The notes under the pieces were generated by a model. It was not told the origin of the DNA. It saw nothing but the letters and a program-made list of their open reading frames with translations, and searched no databases. From the NCBI GenBank assembly GCA_963746115.1, contig CAVVAA010000009.1, positions 49,194 to 113,193 of the forward strand: a stretch of 64,000 nucleotides of DNA, read 5' to 3'. Position 1 is the stretch's first letter; every line of letters begins with the position of its first letter. This stretch comes from an uncultured Actinomycetes bacterium. Lineage in GTDB: Bacteria; Actinomycetota; Thermoleophilia; Gaiellales; JAICJC01. Of this stretch, positions 8,094-16,633 are shown piece after piece. The position numbers were made by a program, and so were the translations under genes.

Positions 8094-9521
8094 CTAACGC
8101 ACCGCGGTGAGGCCGCCGACCTGCGGACGCCGATCGGCCGGGCCGACGACCACGGGCGCCGTGCGGCGCAGCGTGAGCCCCACCGCGACGAGGGCGGCGG
8201 AGGCTCCGAGCAACGTGAGCAGCCCCTGGTCGACGATCGCCTGCGTCGTCGTGGTCAGGTAGGGCAGCGGGGTCAGCGTCGCCACCATGAGCAGGCCGGC
8301 CGTGCCCGCCGCGAGGCGGGGACGCTGGTCGAGCCCTCCGATCGCCAGGCCGACCAGGCCGAATCCGATCAGCGTGTACCCGAGCCCGACGAGGGGGACG
8401 AGGGCCGAGCTGTCGAGCAGGACGCCGAGGCGGGCGGCGATGACGAGCGCGCATCCGGCCGCGCCGGCCAGCGACGTCACCGCCGAGCTCTTCCAGGCCC
8501 GTGGGGCGCCGAGGAGCAGCCACGCCAGCAGGGGCAGGGCGAAGGCGATGATCACGATCCTGCCGGCGGTGAGGAGCCCCGCGCCGCCGATACCCAGCCC
8601 GAGTGGCGCGGACTCGATGACGAGGCCGGCCGCAAACGCACAGCCGGTCAGCACCCAGGTCGCGGGATGGGCGTCGCGGCGCGCGAACCTCGCGGACAGC
8701 ACATCGGCGGCGCGGGCCGCCCGCGCGAGCGCCCTCGCTGCCGTCTGCCGGGCGGCGACGGCCGACCCCTCGCGGGTGACCACGAGGCTGAGGACGACGG
8801 CCGCGAGCGCCGGCGCGACCAGGAATCCGGCCCCCGAGAACAGGGACGCGGCCGTGTTCTGGCCTGCGTGGAGCGCGATGCCGGTGCGTACCGACCCTGT
8901 CCGGCGGCGGATCCAGCACAGCAGGATGCCCTCGCAGGTGAACGGGATGAGCACGCCGGACACGCCGTGGAGGGAGGCCCACACGAGCGACGACATCACC
9001 GCCGCCGGCCAGAAGCCGAAGCGCTGCCACAGGCCGGAGAGCAGGAACCCGCGCATCGAAAGCTCCTCCATCCAGGGCGCCGCGACGACCGCCATCCAGG
9101 TGAGGAGCAGGACCGCATACGTGTGGCGGTGGTGCAGCGACACGCTCGTCGTGCCGCGCGCGCCGAGGGCGTCGCCGAGCGCCGTCAGGAGCGGCAGGAG
9201 CAGGATGATGAAGCCGAGCTGCACGAGCACCGCGATGCCGACGCGGCGCGAGCGGGCGCGGCCGATGACCCCAGCGGGCACGCCCCCGCGGGGAAACGCG
9301 ATCCTCCCGGACAGCGCGATCGTGCCCACGCAGAGTGTGACGTTCGCCGCGATGGCGACCACTGCCATGACCAGGGTCCGGCCGCCGATCTCGGCCAGCA
9401 GAAACGCCGACACCTGCGACGCCAGGTAGAGCACCACGCACGCGGCGGCGGCCGCGACGAGCAGCCACCACCGCGCGGGCGCGCCCACGCCGTCCGGCTC
9501 GGTGGTCGCTACCAGGGCCAT
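8094..9521 (-). CDS. CPBP family intramembrane glutamic endopeptidase with an extra C-terminal polytopic domain
   Basis: PWMEELSMRGF (EExxxR) and ASLHG / ALHAGQN His motifs. Many TM segments. Confidence 0.8.
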   Translation of the reverse strand: MALVATTEPDGVGAPARWWLLVAAAAACVVLYLASQVSAFLLAEIGGRTLVMAVVAIAANVTLCVGTIALSGRIAFPRGGVPAGVIGRARSRRVGIAVLVQLGFIILLLPLLTALGDALGARGTTSVSLHHRHTYAVLLLTWMAVVAAPWMEELSMRGFLLSGLWQRFGFWPAAVMSSLVWASLHGVSGVLIPFTCEGILLCWIRRRTGSVRTGIALHAGQNTAASLFSGAGFLVAPALAAVVLSLVVTREGSAVAARQTAARALARAARAADVLSARFARRDAHPATWVLTGCAFAAGLVIESAPLGLGIGGAGLLTAGRIVIIAFALPLLAWLLLGAPRAWKSSAVTSLAGAAGCALVIAARLGVLLDSSALVPLVGLGYTLIGFGLVGLAIGGLDQRPRLAAGTAGLLMVATLTPLPYLTTTTQAIVDQGLLTLLGASAALVAVGLTLRRTAPVVVGPADRRPQVGGLTAVR

Positions 9522-9601
9522 TACCCCACGATACGTGCGGGACGGCGCGGTCGGCTACTCCCCATTGGGGTTCGATGGGATGCCGGGGCGCGTGCCGGCG
9601 G

Positions 9602-10198
9602 TCACGAGCCCGAGCTCCACGGGAGCTCCCTCCAGGATTCCGGGCGCTCGACGCGCCAGCGGCCTCGAAGCGGCGCGTTCGCCTCCGCGTCCGAGCTCGT
9701 GTCCCGCTCGACGCTCGCGCCGTAGCGCAGGGCGACGTCCGAGCGCCTGTAGTCGCGCCAGAAGGTGTCGTCGTTGAGGTCGCGGTTCCCGGCGCAGACG
9801 AGGACGCACGGCCCCTCACCCGCTCCGACGAACGTGTGCGCGGCGCCGGGCGGGCAGTGCACGAAGTCCCAGGGGTGCAGGTGACGCTCCTGGTCCTCGA
9901 TGATCAGGATGCATTCGCCCATCACGACGAGGAAGTCCTCCTGCACCGACTCCGCGTGGTAGACGTCGGCTGCCCGTCCCGGCCGCAGGACGCGCAGGAC
10001 GAATCCCGCCCCGGGCTTGACGTACTCGCTGAGATCCGGCCGACCGCGCAACACGAAGTCGTCGGACTCGAAGATGCAGCAGGACTGCGTCGCATCGTTG
10101 TTCATCCAGGCGGCGTCTCGTGCATTGACGACGAACCACCCCGCCGTGACGGGTGCGAGACCCGACTCGACCTGTTCGAGTCGTGCTTCTTCGATCAT
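9602..10198 (-). CDS. cupin domain protein
   Basis: ORF 9602..10222. Cupin core YHAESVQEDFLVVMGECILIIEDQERHLHPWDFVHCPPGAAH. ATG at 10198 is preceded by GGGAGG. Confidence 0.75.
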   Translation of the reverse strand: MIEEARLEQVESGLAPVTAGWFVVNARDAAWMNNDATQSCCIFESDDFVLRGRPDLSEYVKPGAGFVLRVLRPGRAADVYHAESVQEDFLVVMGECILIIEDQERHLHPWDFVHCPPGAAHTFVGAGEGPCVLVCAGNRDLNDDTFWRDYRRSDVALRYGASVERDTSSDAEANAPLRGRWRVERPESWRELPWSSGS

Positions 10199-10307
10199 CG
10201 GAACCTCCCAGAACAGGCGCAATCATACGAGCGGGATTGGGCCGCTCGCTCAGGGAGCCCTCGACGGCCTCATGTCAATTGGCGGGGCGCGAACGTATGC
10301 TCGAGGC

Positions 10308-11105
10308 ATGCTGAGCGCGGACGAGCCGGGGGCGGGGGCGGGCTCGGCCGTGCGGCTGCGCGGGGTCATGCGGCGGTTCGGCGACAAGGTCGCGGTGGCG
10401 GGCGTCGACCTCGATGTGCCGCACGGCTCGTTCTTCGGTCTCGTCGGACCGAACGGGGCGGGGAAGACGACCCTGCTCTCGATGACGACCGGCCTGTTGC
10501 GCCCGGACGCGGGCAGCATCGAGGTCGCCGGAGTCGAGGTCTGGAACGATCCGGCGGCGGCGAAGGCGCGGATCGGCGTCGTGCAGGACACGCCGGCGCT
10601 CTTCGACCGCCTGACCGGGAGCGAGCTGCTCGCCTTCTACGGGGCGCTGCGGCGACTCGATCCGGCCACCACACGGGAGCGCAGCGAGGAGCTTCTGCGG
10701 GTGCTCGACCTGGCTGTCGACGCCGACCGGCTCGTCGTGGACTACAGCCTCGGAATGACCAAGAAGCTCGCGCTCGCCGCGGCGCTGCTGCACTCCCCGC
10801 GCGTCCTCTTCCTGGACGAGCCGTTCGGGGCGATCGACCCGGTCTCGACGAACGTGATCGAGCAGCTACTGCACCGCTTCGTGGCGGGCGGCGGCACGAT
10901 CGTGTTCTCGAGTCACGTGATGGACGTGGTCGAGCGGCTGTGCGACCGCGTCGCGGTGATCGTGCGCGGCCGGATCGTCGCGGCGGGAACGCAGGAGGAG
11001 GTCGCGGCAGGCGACGACCTGCGCACGGCGTTCTTCAAGCTCGTCGGCGCGCGCGAGGATGTCGGCCTGGCGGAGCTCGGATGGCTTGGGTCTTCGTCCG
11101 ACTGA
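10308..11105 (+). CDS. ABC transporter ATP-binding protein
   Basis: Walker A GPNGAGKTT, signature YSLGMTKK, Walker B VLFLDEPFGAID. Confidence 0.9.
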   Translation: MLSADEPGAGAGSAVRLRGVMRRFGDKVAVAGVDLDVPHGSFFGLVGPNGAGKTTLLSMTTGLLRPDAGSIEVAGVEVWNDPAAAKARIGVVQDTPALFDRLTGSELLAFYGALRRLDPATTRERSEELLRVLDLAVDADRLVVDYSLGMTKKLALAAALLHSPRVLFLDEPFGAIDPVSTNVIEQLLHRFVAGGGTIVFSSHVMDVVERLCDRVAVIVRGRIVAAGTQEEVAAGDDLRTAFFKLVGAREDVGLAELGWLGSSSD

Positions 11106-12634
11106 AGTGGCGGCTGCTCGCGAACGCGGGCGCGTCAGGCCGCGAGGAGGCGCTCGGCTGGCTCGCGCGTGCCATCGGCCTGCTGCTCGCCGTGGTCGGC
11201 GCGGGCGACCTCGCGACCGCGCCCCGCCACGGTGGCGCCGGGCTCGTCGCGGTCTTCGTCGCGGTCGCTGTCGCCTGGATCATGCTCCCGCTGCTCATGG
11301 GGTCAGACCGCACGCTGTCCGTGGACCGGCTCGCGTCGCTACCGCTGCGGCGGCGCGACCTGGTGCTCGGCCTCTTCGCGGCGTCGCTCGTGGGTGCGCC
11401 GCCGCTCGCGACGCTCGTCTTCCTGTCCGGCGCGGTCTTCGCGTACGGGCACGGCGCGGCCGCGACGGTGCTCGCGGCGGCCGACGTGGTCGTCATGACG
11501 GCACTCGCCATCGCGGGCGGCCGCGCAGTCTCGGCCGGCCTCGCCGCCGCGGTGCACTCCCGGCGGGGGCGCGACCTCGCCTCCGTCGTGCTTGCGGTCG
11601 TCTCGGCAGGCGGGTACATCGCCTGGCGGGCGTCGGCGGCGCTCGCCTCCGAGGTGGACCGCCTCCGGCCGTCCCGCCTCACCGACGCGCTCTCGTGGAC
11701 GCCGCCGGGCGCGCTCGCGCGATCGATGGCCGACGCGCACGCCGGCGCGCTTCCGGCCGCAACCGGCCGGCTGGCCTACGGGATCGCGACGCTCGTCGTG
11801 GTCGGGTGGCTGTGGGCGCACGCCCTCGGCCGCCAGCTGACCAACCCGGCTGCGACCGCGCCTCGTGGAGGCGAGCGGCGCTCCGCGCGTACACCGCGCA
11901 GACGTTTGAGCACACCGGGCGGGGCGGTGTGGCTGAAGGATCTGCGCTACCTGTGGCGGACCCCCGTGCAGCGGGCGAACGTGATCACGGGCGTCGTCAC
12001 CTCGGGCTTCGTGATGCTGCCGCTGCTTTCGGGCAGGTCGGACATCCTCCCGTTCGCCGGGGCTGCGGTGGCGTTCTTCCTCATGTCCAACCTGTCCGCG
12101 AATCTGTTCGGGGTCGACGGCGAGGGATTCGGGGCCTACGTGCTGACCGGCGTCGACCCGCGGACACTCCTGCGGTCGAAGGCCCTGGCGGTCGCGACGG
12201 TGGTGGGAGCGATCGCCGTGGTCGCCTGCGTTGCCGGCGCCGCCGTGTCGGGCGCGTGGGGCGAGCTCGCGAGCGCGCTTCTCGTAACGGCGGCGGTGAT
12301 CCTCCTGGCGGGCGGGACAGGGATGTTCGTCTCGGTGCGCTCGCCGTATGCGGTCGACATGACCACTCCGACGTTCGGCCGTGCCCGGCGCCCGCGCGGG
12401 AGCGGAAACGCGGGAGTCGGGGTCGTCGCGCTCGTGTTCGAGACGGTCGTGATCGGCCTGCTCGCCCTGATCGTGGTGATCGGCAAGGACGCGCTCGGCG
12501 TCGGCACCCTGCCGGGCGCCGTCGTCGGGCTCGTCGTGGCGCTCGCGGTCGCGATCGGCGGCCTGCGGCTCGCGGCCGGGCATCTCGCGGCGCACCTGCC
12601 CGAGACGTTGCTCGCGCTCTCGCCCCGGCACTGA
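11081..12634 (+). CDS. putative ABC exporter permease
   Basis: In-frame tail of ORF 9575..12634 starting at MAWVFVRLKW. Polytopic. Overlaps the ATPase gene by 25 nt. Confidence 0.7.
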   Translation: MAWVFVRLKWRLLANAGASGREEALGWLARAIGLLLAVVGAGDLATAPRHGGAGLVAVFVAVAVAWIMLPLLMGSDRTLSVDRLASLPLRRRDLVLGLFAASLVGAPPLATLVFLSGAVFAYGHGAAATVLAAADVVVMTALAIAGGRAVSAGLAAAVHSRRGRDLASVVLAVVSAGGYIAWRASAALASEVDRLRPSRLTDALSWTPPGALARSMADAHAGALPAATGRLAYGIATLVVVGWLWAHALGRQLTNPAATAPRGGERRSARTPRRRLSTPGGAVWLKDLRYLWRTPVQRANVITGVVTSGFVMLPLLSGRSDILPFAGAAVAFFLMSNLSANLFGVDGEGFGAYVLTGVDPRTLLRSKALAVATVVGAIAVVACVAGAAVSGAWGELASALLVTAAVILLAGGTGMFVSVRSPYAVDMTTPTFGRARRPRGSGNAGVGVVALVFETVVIGLLALIVVIGKDALGVGTLPGAVVGLVVALAVAIGGLRLAAGHLAAHLPETLLALSPRH

Positions 12635-12641
12635 CCCAAAA

Positions 12642-13517
12642 CTACTCGCTCAGGAAGTCCTCGACGAGCCGCGCGTAGTCGTCCGGCTCCTCGAGGTGGG
12701 CGCAGTGTGCGCTCTGCTCGAACACGTGCATGCGCGCGTCCGGGATGCCGTGGGTGATCGTCTCGGAGCACGACGGCGTGATCTCGTCATAGCGACCGCA
12801 CGTCACGAGCGTCGGGACATCGATGCGGCCCAGGTCGGCCGTGCGATCCCACTCCCGCAGCCGGCCGATCACGTCGAACTCGGTCGGGCCGTTCATGGTC
12901 AGGTAGACCTGGTTGCCCTCCATCTGCTCGCCCGAGAGCACCAGCGCCTCCGGCCACGGGTCGAGCCGGCACAGGTGGCGGTGGTAGAAGACCTCGACCG
13001 CGGCCTGGTAGTCGGGGTGGTCGTACTCCTCCTTCGCGCCGAGCTCGATCAGCGTCGTGCGGTGCGGCTCGGGCAGCTGCTCGATCAGGCCGCGGGCGCC
13101 GGCCATGAACTCGGGGATGCTCGCCGAGGTGCTTGCGAGCACGAGCCGCTCGACGCCGGTGGTTCCCCGGGCCATGTACTCGATCGAGAGCCATCCGCCC
13201 CACGACTGCCCGAGCAGGTGGCAGCGCTCGAGCCCGAGGGCGGCGCGCACCTGGTCGACCTCCTCGACCGCCCGGTCGACCGTCCACAGGGACGCGTCGT
13301 CGGGGCGATCCGAGCGGCCACAGCCAAGCTGGTCGTACACGACCACCGGCCGGTGGTCGGCGAGCCGCTCGGCAAGCGGGATCATGTAGTAGCTGGCGGC
13401 GCCCGGGCCGCCGTGCAGGAGCAGGGCGGGCGTGCCGTCGCTGGGCCCGAGCCGGGCGGTCCAGACGCTCCCGCCCGTGACCTCGACGCGCCGCTCCTCG
13501 GCCTCCTCGATCCTCAT
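12642..13517 (-). CDS. proline iminopeptidase family alpha/beta hydrolase
   Basis: HGGPGA oxyanion motif, GQSWGG nucleophile elbow, C-terminal [10 protein letters not shown]. Confidence 0.85.
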   Translation of the reverse strand: MRIEEAEERRVEVTGGSVWTARLGPSDGTPALLLHGGPGAASYYMIPLAERLADHRPVVVYDQLGCGRSDRPDDASLWTVDRAVEEVDQVRAALGLERCHLLGQSWGGWLSIEYMARGTTGVERLVLASTSASIPEFMAGARGLIEQLPEPHRTTLIELGAKEEYDHPDYQAAVEVFYHRHLCRLDPWPEALVLSGEQMEGNQVYLTMNGPTEFDVIGRLREWDRTADLGRIDVPTLVTCGRYDEITPSCSETITHGIPDARMHVFEQSAHCAHLEEPDDYARLVEDFLSE

Positions 13518-13527
13518 CGCGGCGACA

Positions 13528-15159
13528 CTACAGGAGATATCGCCGCGAGTAGGCGACCTCGGCGACCGGGGTGCAGGTGACCGGCTCCCCGTCGAGCGTC
13601 ACGGTCTCCGCCGCCGGGTCGACGACGATCGTGCCGGTGCGGCTGTTGCCGACCATGTCCGCCGCGGTGAGCTCGCGGCAGTCCGACACCCGTGCCCGCT
13701 CGCGGGTCGTGGGCAGGTCGGCGGCCATCGCCGAGCCGGCCAGGAACGCGAGCGAGACCTGTCCCGGCGCCGCGCCCGTCCCCGCGATCTGGGGCCCGAC
13801 CCGGACGGGCTCGGTCATCATCGTCGTCGCGCCGCCCGCCCCCGATGCGCCCCAGGCCGACATGCCCGGCCTTGAGGACGAGCTCGGGCCGCACCGGGAA
13901 GAGGTCGGGTCGCCACATGACGAGGTCGGCGAGGCGGCCCTCGCGCAGCGAGCCGACGTGCGCCGCCAGGCCGTGCGCGATCGCCGGGTTCACGGTCACC
14001 TTCGCCAGGTAGCGCAGCACCCGCTCGTTGTCGTCCGCGCCCGCCGCCGCCGCGCTCGGCCTTCATCGCGGCGGCGCACTGGAAGGCCCGCCGGACGGTC
14101 TCGCTGATCCGGCCCATGCCCTGGGAGTCGGACGAGAGGATCGGGATCACGCCGAGGTCGTGCAGCACGGTCTCGGCGGCCATCGTCCACGCCCGCACCC
14201 GGGCCCGCAGGATGGCGGCGTCGCCGGCGCGGGCGCCGGGCTCGAGCAGGTGCACGGCCGCGACCATCGCCAGGTGCTCCGCCTCGGCGCCGACCCCGAA
14301 CGGCACCGTCGGATTGGTGGACGAGGTCAGGAGGCGCTCCCGGCCCGCCAGGCTGAGCAGGTCGGGCGCGTGGCCGCCGCCGACGCCTTCGATGTGGTAG
14401 AGGTGCGCCGTCCGGCCCTCGAGCACGCGGGCGGTGTCGGCCGCCCGCAGGGCCTCGTTCAGGCCGTCGGTGTGGATGGCGAGCTGGACGTCATGGCGGT
14501 CGGCGACGTCGAGGGCGCAGCGCAGCTGCTCGGGCCCGGCGGCGACGTCCTCGTGGATCTTGAGCCCGGCCGCCGCCGGCGGCGAGCGACTCTTCGACGC
14601 CGTCCGGCCGCGACGCCGACGCCCGCACCAGGAAGGCGACGTTCAGCGGCGTCTCCTCGAGCGCCGACCAGGCGACACGCAGGCCGGCGGCCGGGTTCGC
14701 GCCCAGGTTCCAGATCGGTCCGTAGTCCTGCGCCACAAGGGTGGTGACGCCGCCGGCGAGGGCCGCCTCGCCGAGCTGGGGCGAGAGCCAGTGCATGTGG
14801 CAGTCGACCGCCCCCGGCGTGATCACCATCCCGCGGGCATCGAGCAGCGCGGTCTGCGAGTCGAGGACGACGTCGATCCCGTCCATCGTGTCGGGGTTGC
14901 CGGCCCGGCCGATCGCGCACACGCGCCCGCCCCGGATGCCGATTGACGTCCGGCGAATGCCGATCGCCGGGTCGAGCACCAGGCCGCCGACGACCGCGAT
15001 GTCGACGCCGCCGCGCTCGGCCCGCACGCCCAGCCCGTCGCGATGGGTGCCGCCCCACCCGGGAACGATCTCGTCCGGGCCGCCGGCGTCGTCGCGCTCC
15101 GGCGTCACCCAGAGGTCGCCGTCGCCGAGCGCGATCCGCTCATCCGCCGGCATCGGCAT
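13528..15159 (-). pseudogene. ureC: urease alpha subunit, reading frame broken at about 14575, 14040 and 13865
   Basis: Pieces lie in ORFs 14491..15201, 13818..14426, 13514..14020 and 13528..13863. Ni-site motifs are present: DCHMHW, GLKIHED, AIHTDGLNE, YHIEGVGGGHAPD, SSDSQGMGR. Confidence 0.8.
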
Positions 15160-15809
15160 ACCCCCGCTCGCGGGCCAGCTCGAGCGCCGCATCGAGCGCA
15201 CCGGGCGCGTCCAGCGGCCCGTCCACCAGGCCGCCGTGGCCGCGGATCACCCGCGCCCCGCCGAACGGCACCAGCCGCACCTCGCGGGCCTCGCCCGGCG
15301 GGAAGACGACCTTCGCCCCCGGTGCGACGGCGAGCCGCATGCCCCAGGCGGCGCGGCGGTCGAAGCGCAGCTCCCGGTTCGTCTCGAAGAAGTGGAAGTG
15401 CGACGTGACCGCGATGGCGACCGGGGCCAGGTTCTCGACGCGAAGTGCGGCCGCCGCGCCGAGCCACGCCGGCGCGGGATCGCCGCGTCAGGTCGGGCGG
15501 GCCGTCGCGGCTGATCGGGTGGACGAGGACGACCAGCCGCGGCCCGTCGGCGAACACCGGCTCGAGCTCGATGCGGTCGACCAGATCGCCCACCCCGTCC
15601 AGCACGTCGTCCGGGCCGAGCAGCCCGTAGGCGCGCCGCTCGACCTCGGCGTACGGATGCCCGTCGCGGGCGAGCTCCATCGTCTCGTCGGCGATCAGTG
15701 CCGCCGCCTCGGCCTGGCTCAGACGCAGGCCGCGGCCGCGCCGGCGCCGGGCGAGCTCGGCGGCCAGGAAAAGGCTCAGCCGCTCCTGCTCGGACGGCAG
15801 CAGCCTCAT
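15140..15809 (-). pseudogene. ureAB: fused urease gamma/beta subunit, one frame break near 15490
   Basis: Gamma part: MRLLPSEQERLSLFLAAELARRRRGRGLRLSQAEAAALI...FADGPRLVVLVHPI. Beta part: VTSHFHFFETNRELRFDRRAAWGMRLAVAPGAKVVFPPGE. The ATG overlaps the tetR stop (ATGA). Confidence 0.75.
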
Positions 15810-16534
15810 GCCGTGGCTGCCCGCACCCGTGCGGCCAGGCCGTCGACGTAGAGGTCGATCAGGAGCGAGAACCGGCGATCGGCATCGGTGATGGCGTAGT
15901 AGTCGGCGACGGCGACCATGTGGGGGAAGCGGTCGGCGGGAAGCGAGGCGATGTAGTCGCGCGCCATCTTCGCACCCTCGGCGAGGGCCGCGGCGGCCGC
16001 CTCGCCGTCCGGCTCGCCGGTCTCGTCCAGCGTGAAGCCGTTCACGACCGAGAACAGCAGGTGGTGCCCGAGCACCGCGAGCTCGTCCGGCACGCCGCCC
16101 TCGCGCAGGACCGCGAGGATGCGCTCGCTGTAGCGCAGCGCGTTCGGCCCCATCGGGATGCGACCGATCGAGATGCGGACGATGTCGCGGTGGCGCAGGA
16201 TCGTCCGGCGCATGTCGTGGGCGACGTCCTTCAGCTGCTCCGCCCACCGATCCGGCTCCGGGTCGGGGACGTGCTGCTCGCCGATCACCTCGTCGAGGAC
16301 GAGGTCGAGGAGGCCGTCCTTGCTGCCCACGTGCCAGTAGAGCGATGCGGCGCCGGTGCCGAGCTCGTCGGCCACCCGGCGCATGCTGAGCGCGTCGAGG
16401 CCGTCGCGGTCGAGCAGCTCGAGCGCCTTGCGCACGATCGCCTCGCGGGTGATCGGGTCGCGCCGCCGCCGCCGTCCGCGGTCGGGCGGAAGCCGCTGCC
16501 ACGGGGGCGGGGGAATGGCCGGTTCGTCGGTCAC
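15806..16534 (-). CDS. TetR family transcriptional regulator
   Basis: HTH LSMRRVADELGTGAASLYWHVGSKDGLL. GTG at 16534. Confidence 0.85.
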   Translation of the reverse strand: MTDEPAIPPPPWQRLPPDRGRRRRRDPITREAIVRKALELLDRDGLDALSMRRVADELGTGAASLYWHVGSKDGLLDLVLDEVIGEQHVPDPEPDRWAEQLKDVAHDMRRTILRHRDIVRISIGRIPMGPNALRYSERILAVLREGGVPDELAVLGHHLLFSVVNGFTLDETGEPDGEAAAAALAEGAKMARDYIASLPADRFPHMVAVADYYAITDADRRFSLLIDLYVDGLAARVRAATA

Positions 16535-16557
16535 GCGGTGACACCCTATCAGTATTC

Positions 16558-16601
16558 GAACACTGTTTGCATAGAACGTCGTACCATGATAGAACACTGT
16601 T
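16558..16601. promoter_or_regulatory. two copies of GAACACTGTT (AACA-c-TGTT palindrome), candidate TetR operators
   Basis: Copies at 16558..16567 and 16592..16601 in the 99-bp tetR/MFS divergent intergenic region. Confidence 0.4.
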
Positions 16602-16633
16602 CGTTCAAGACTCCCGTCCACTGGAGAATCTCC

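Noticed and set aside
7606-9819. 737-aa minus-strand ORF spanning the Ser-repeat and CPBP genes
   Set aside because: It is out of frame relative to the CPBP protease, which has clear catalytic motifs and TM helices. The composition is Arg/Pro/Gly-dominated.
9575-11080. N-terminal 500 aa of the 1019-aa ORF 9575..12634
   Set aside because: Only the part from ATG 11081 is membrane-protein-like. The upstream part runs antisense to the cupin gene and out of frame through the ABC ATPase.
12642-16534. Urease accessory genes ureD/E/F/G next to ureABC
   Set aside because: I looked on both strands either side of the operon. The neighbours are a proline iminopeptidase and a TetR regulator, and no GTPase (UreG) or other accessory motifs were found.
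15105-16544. 479-aa minus-strand ORF
   Set aside because: It is a composite. It contains the true UreA (gamma) frame, but it reads out of frame through the TetR gene and the beta part of UreAB.
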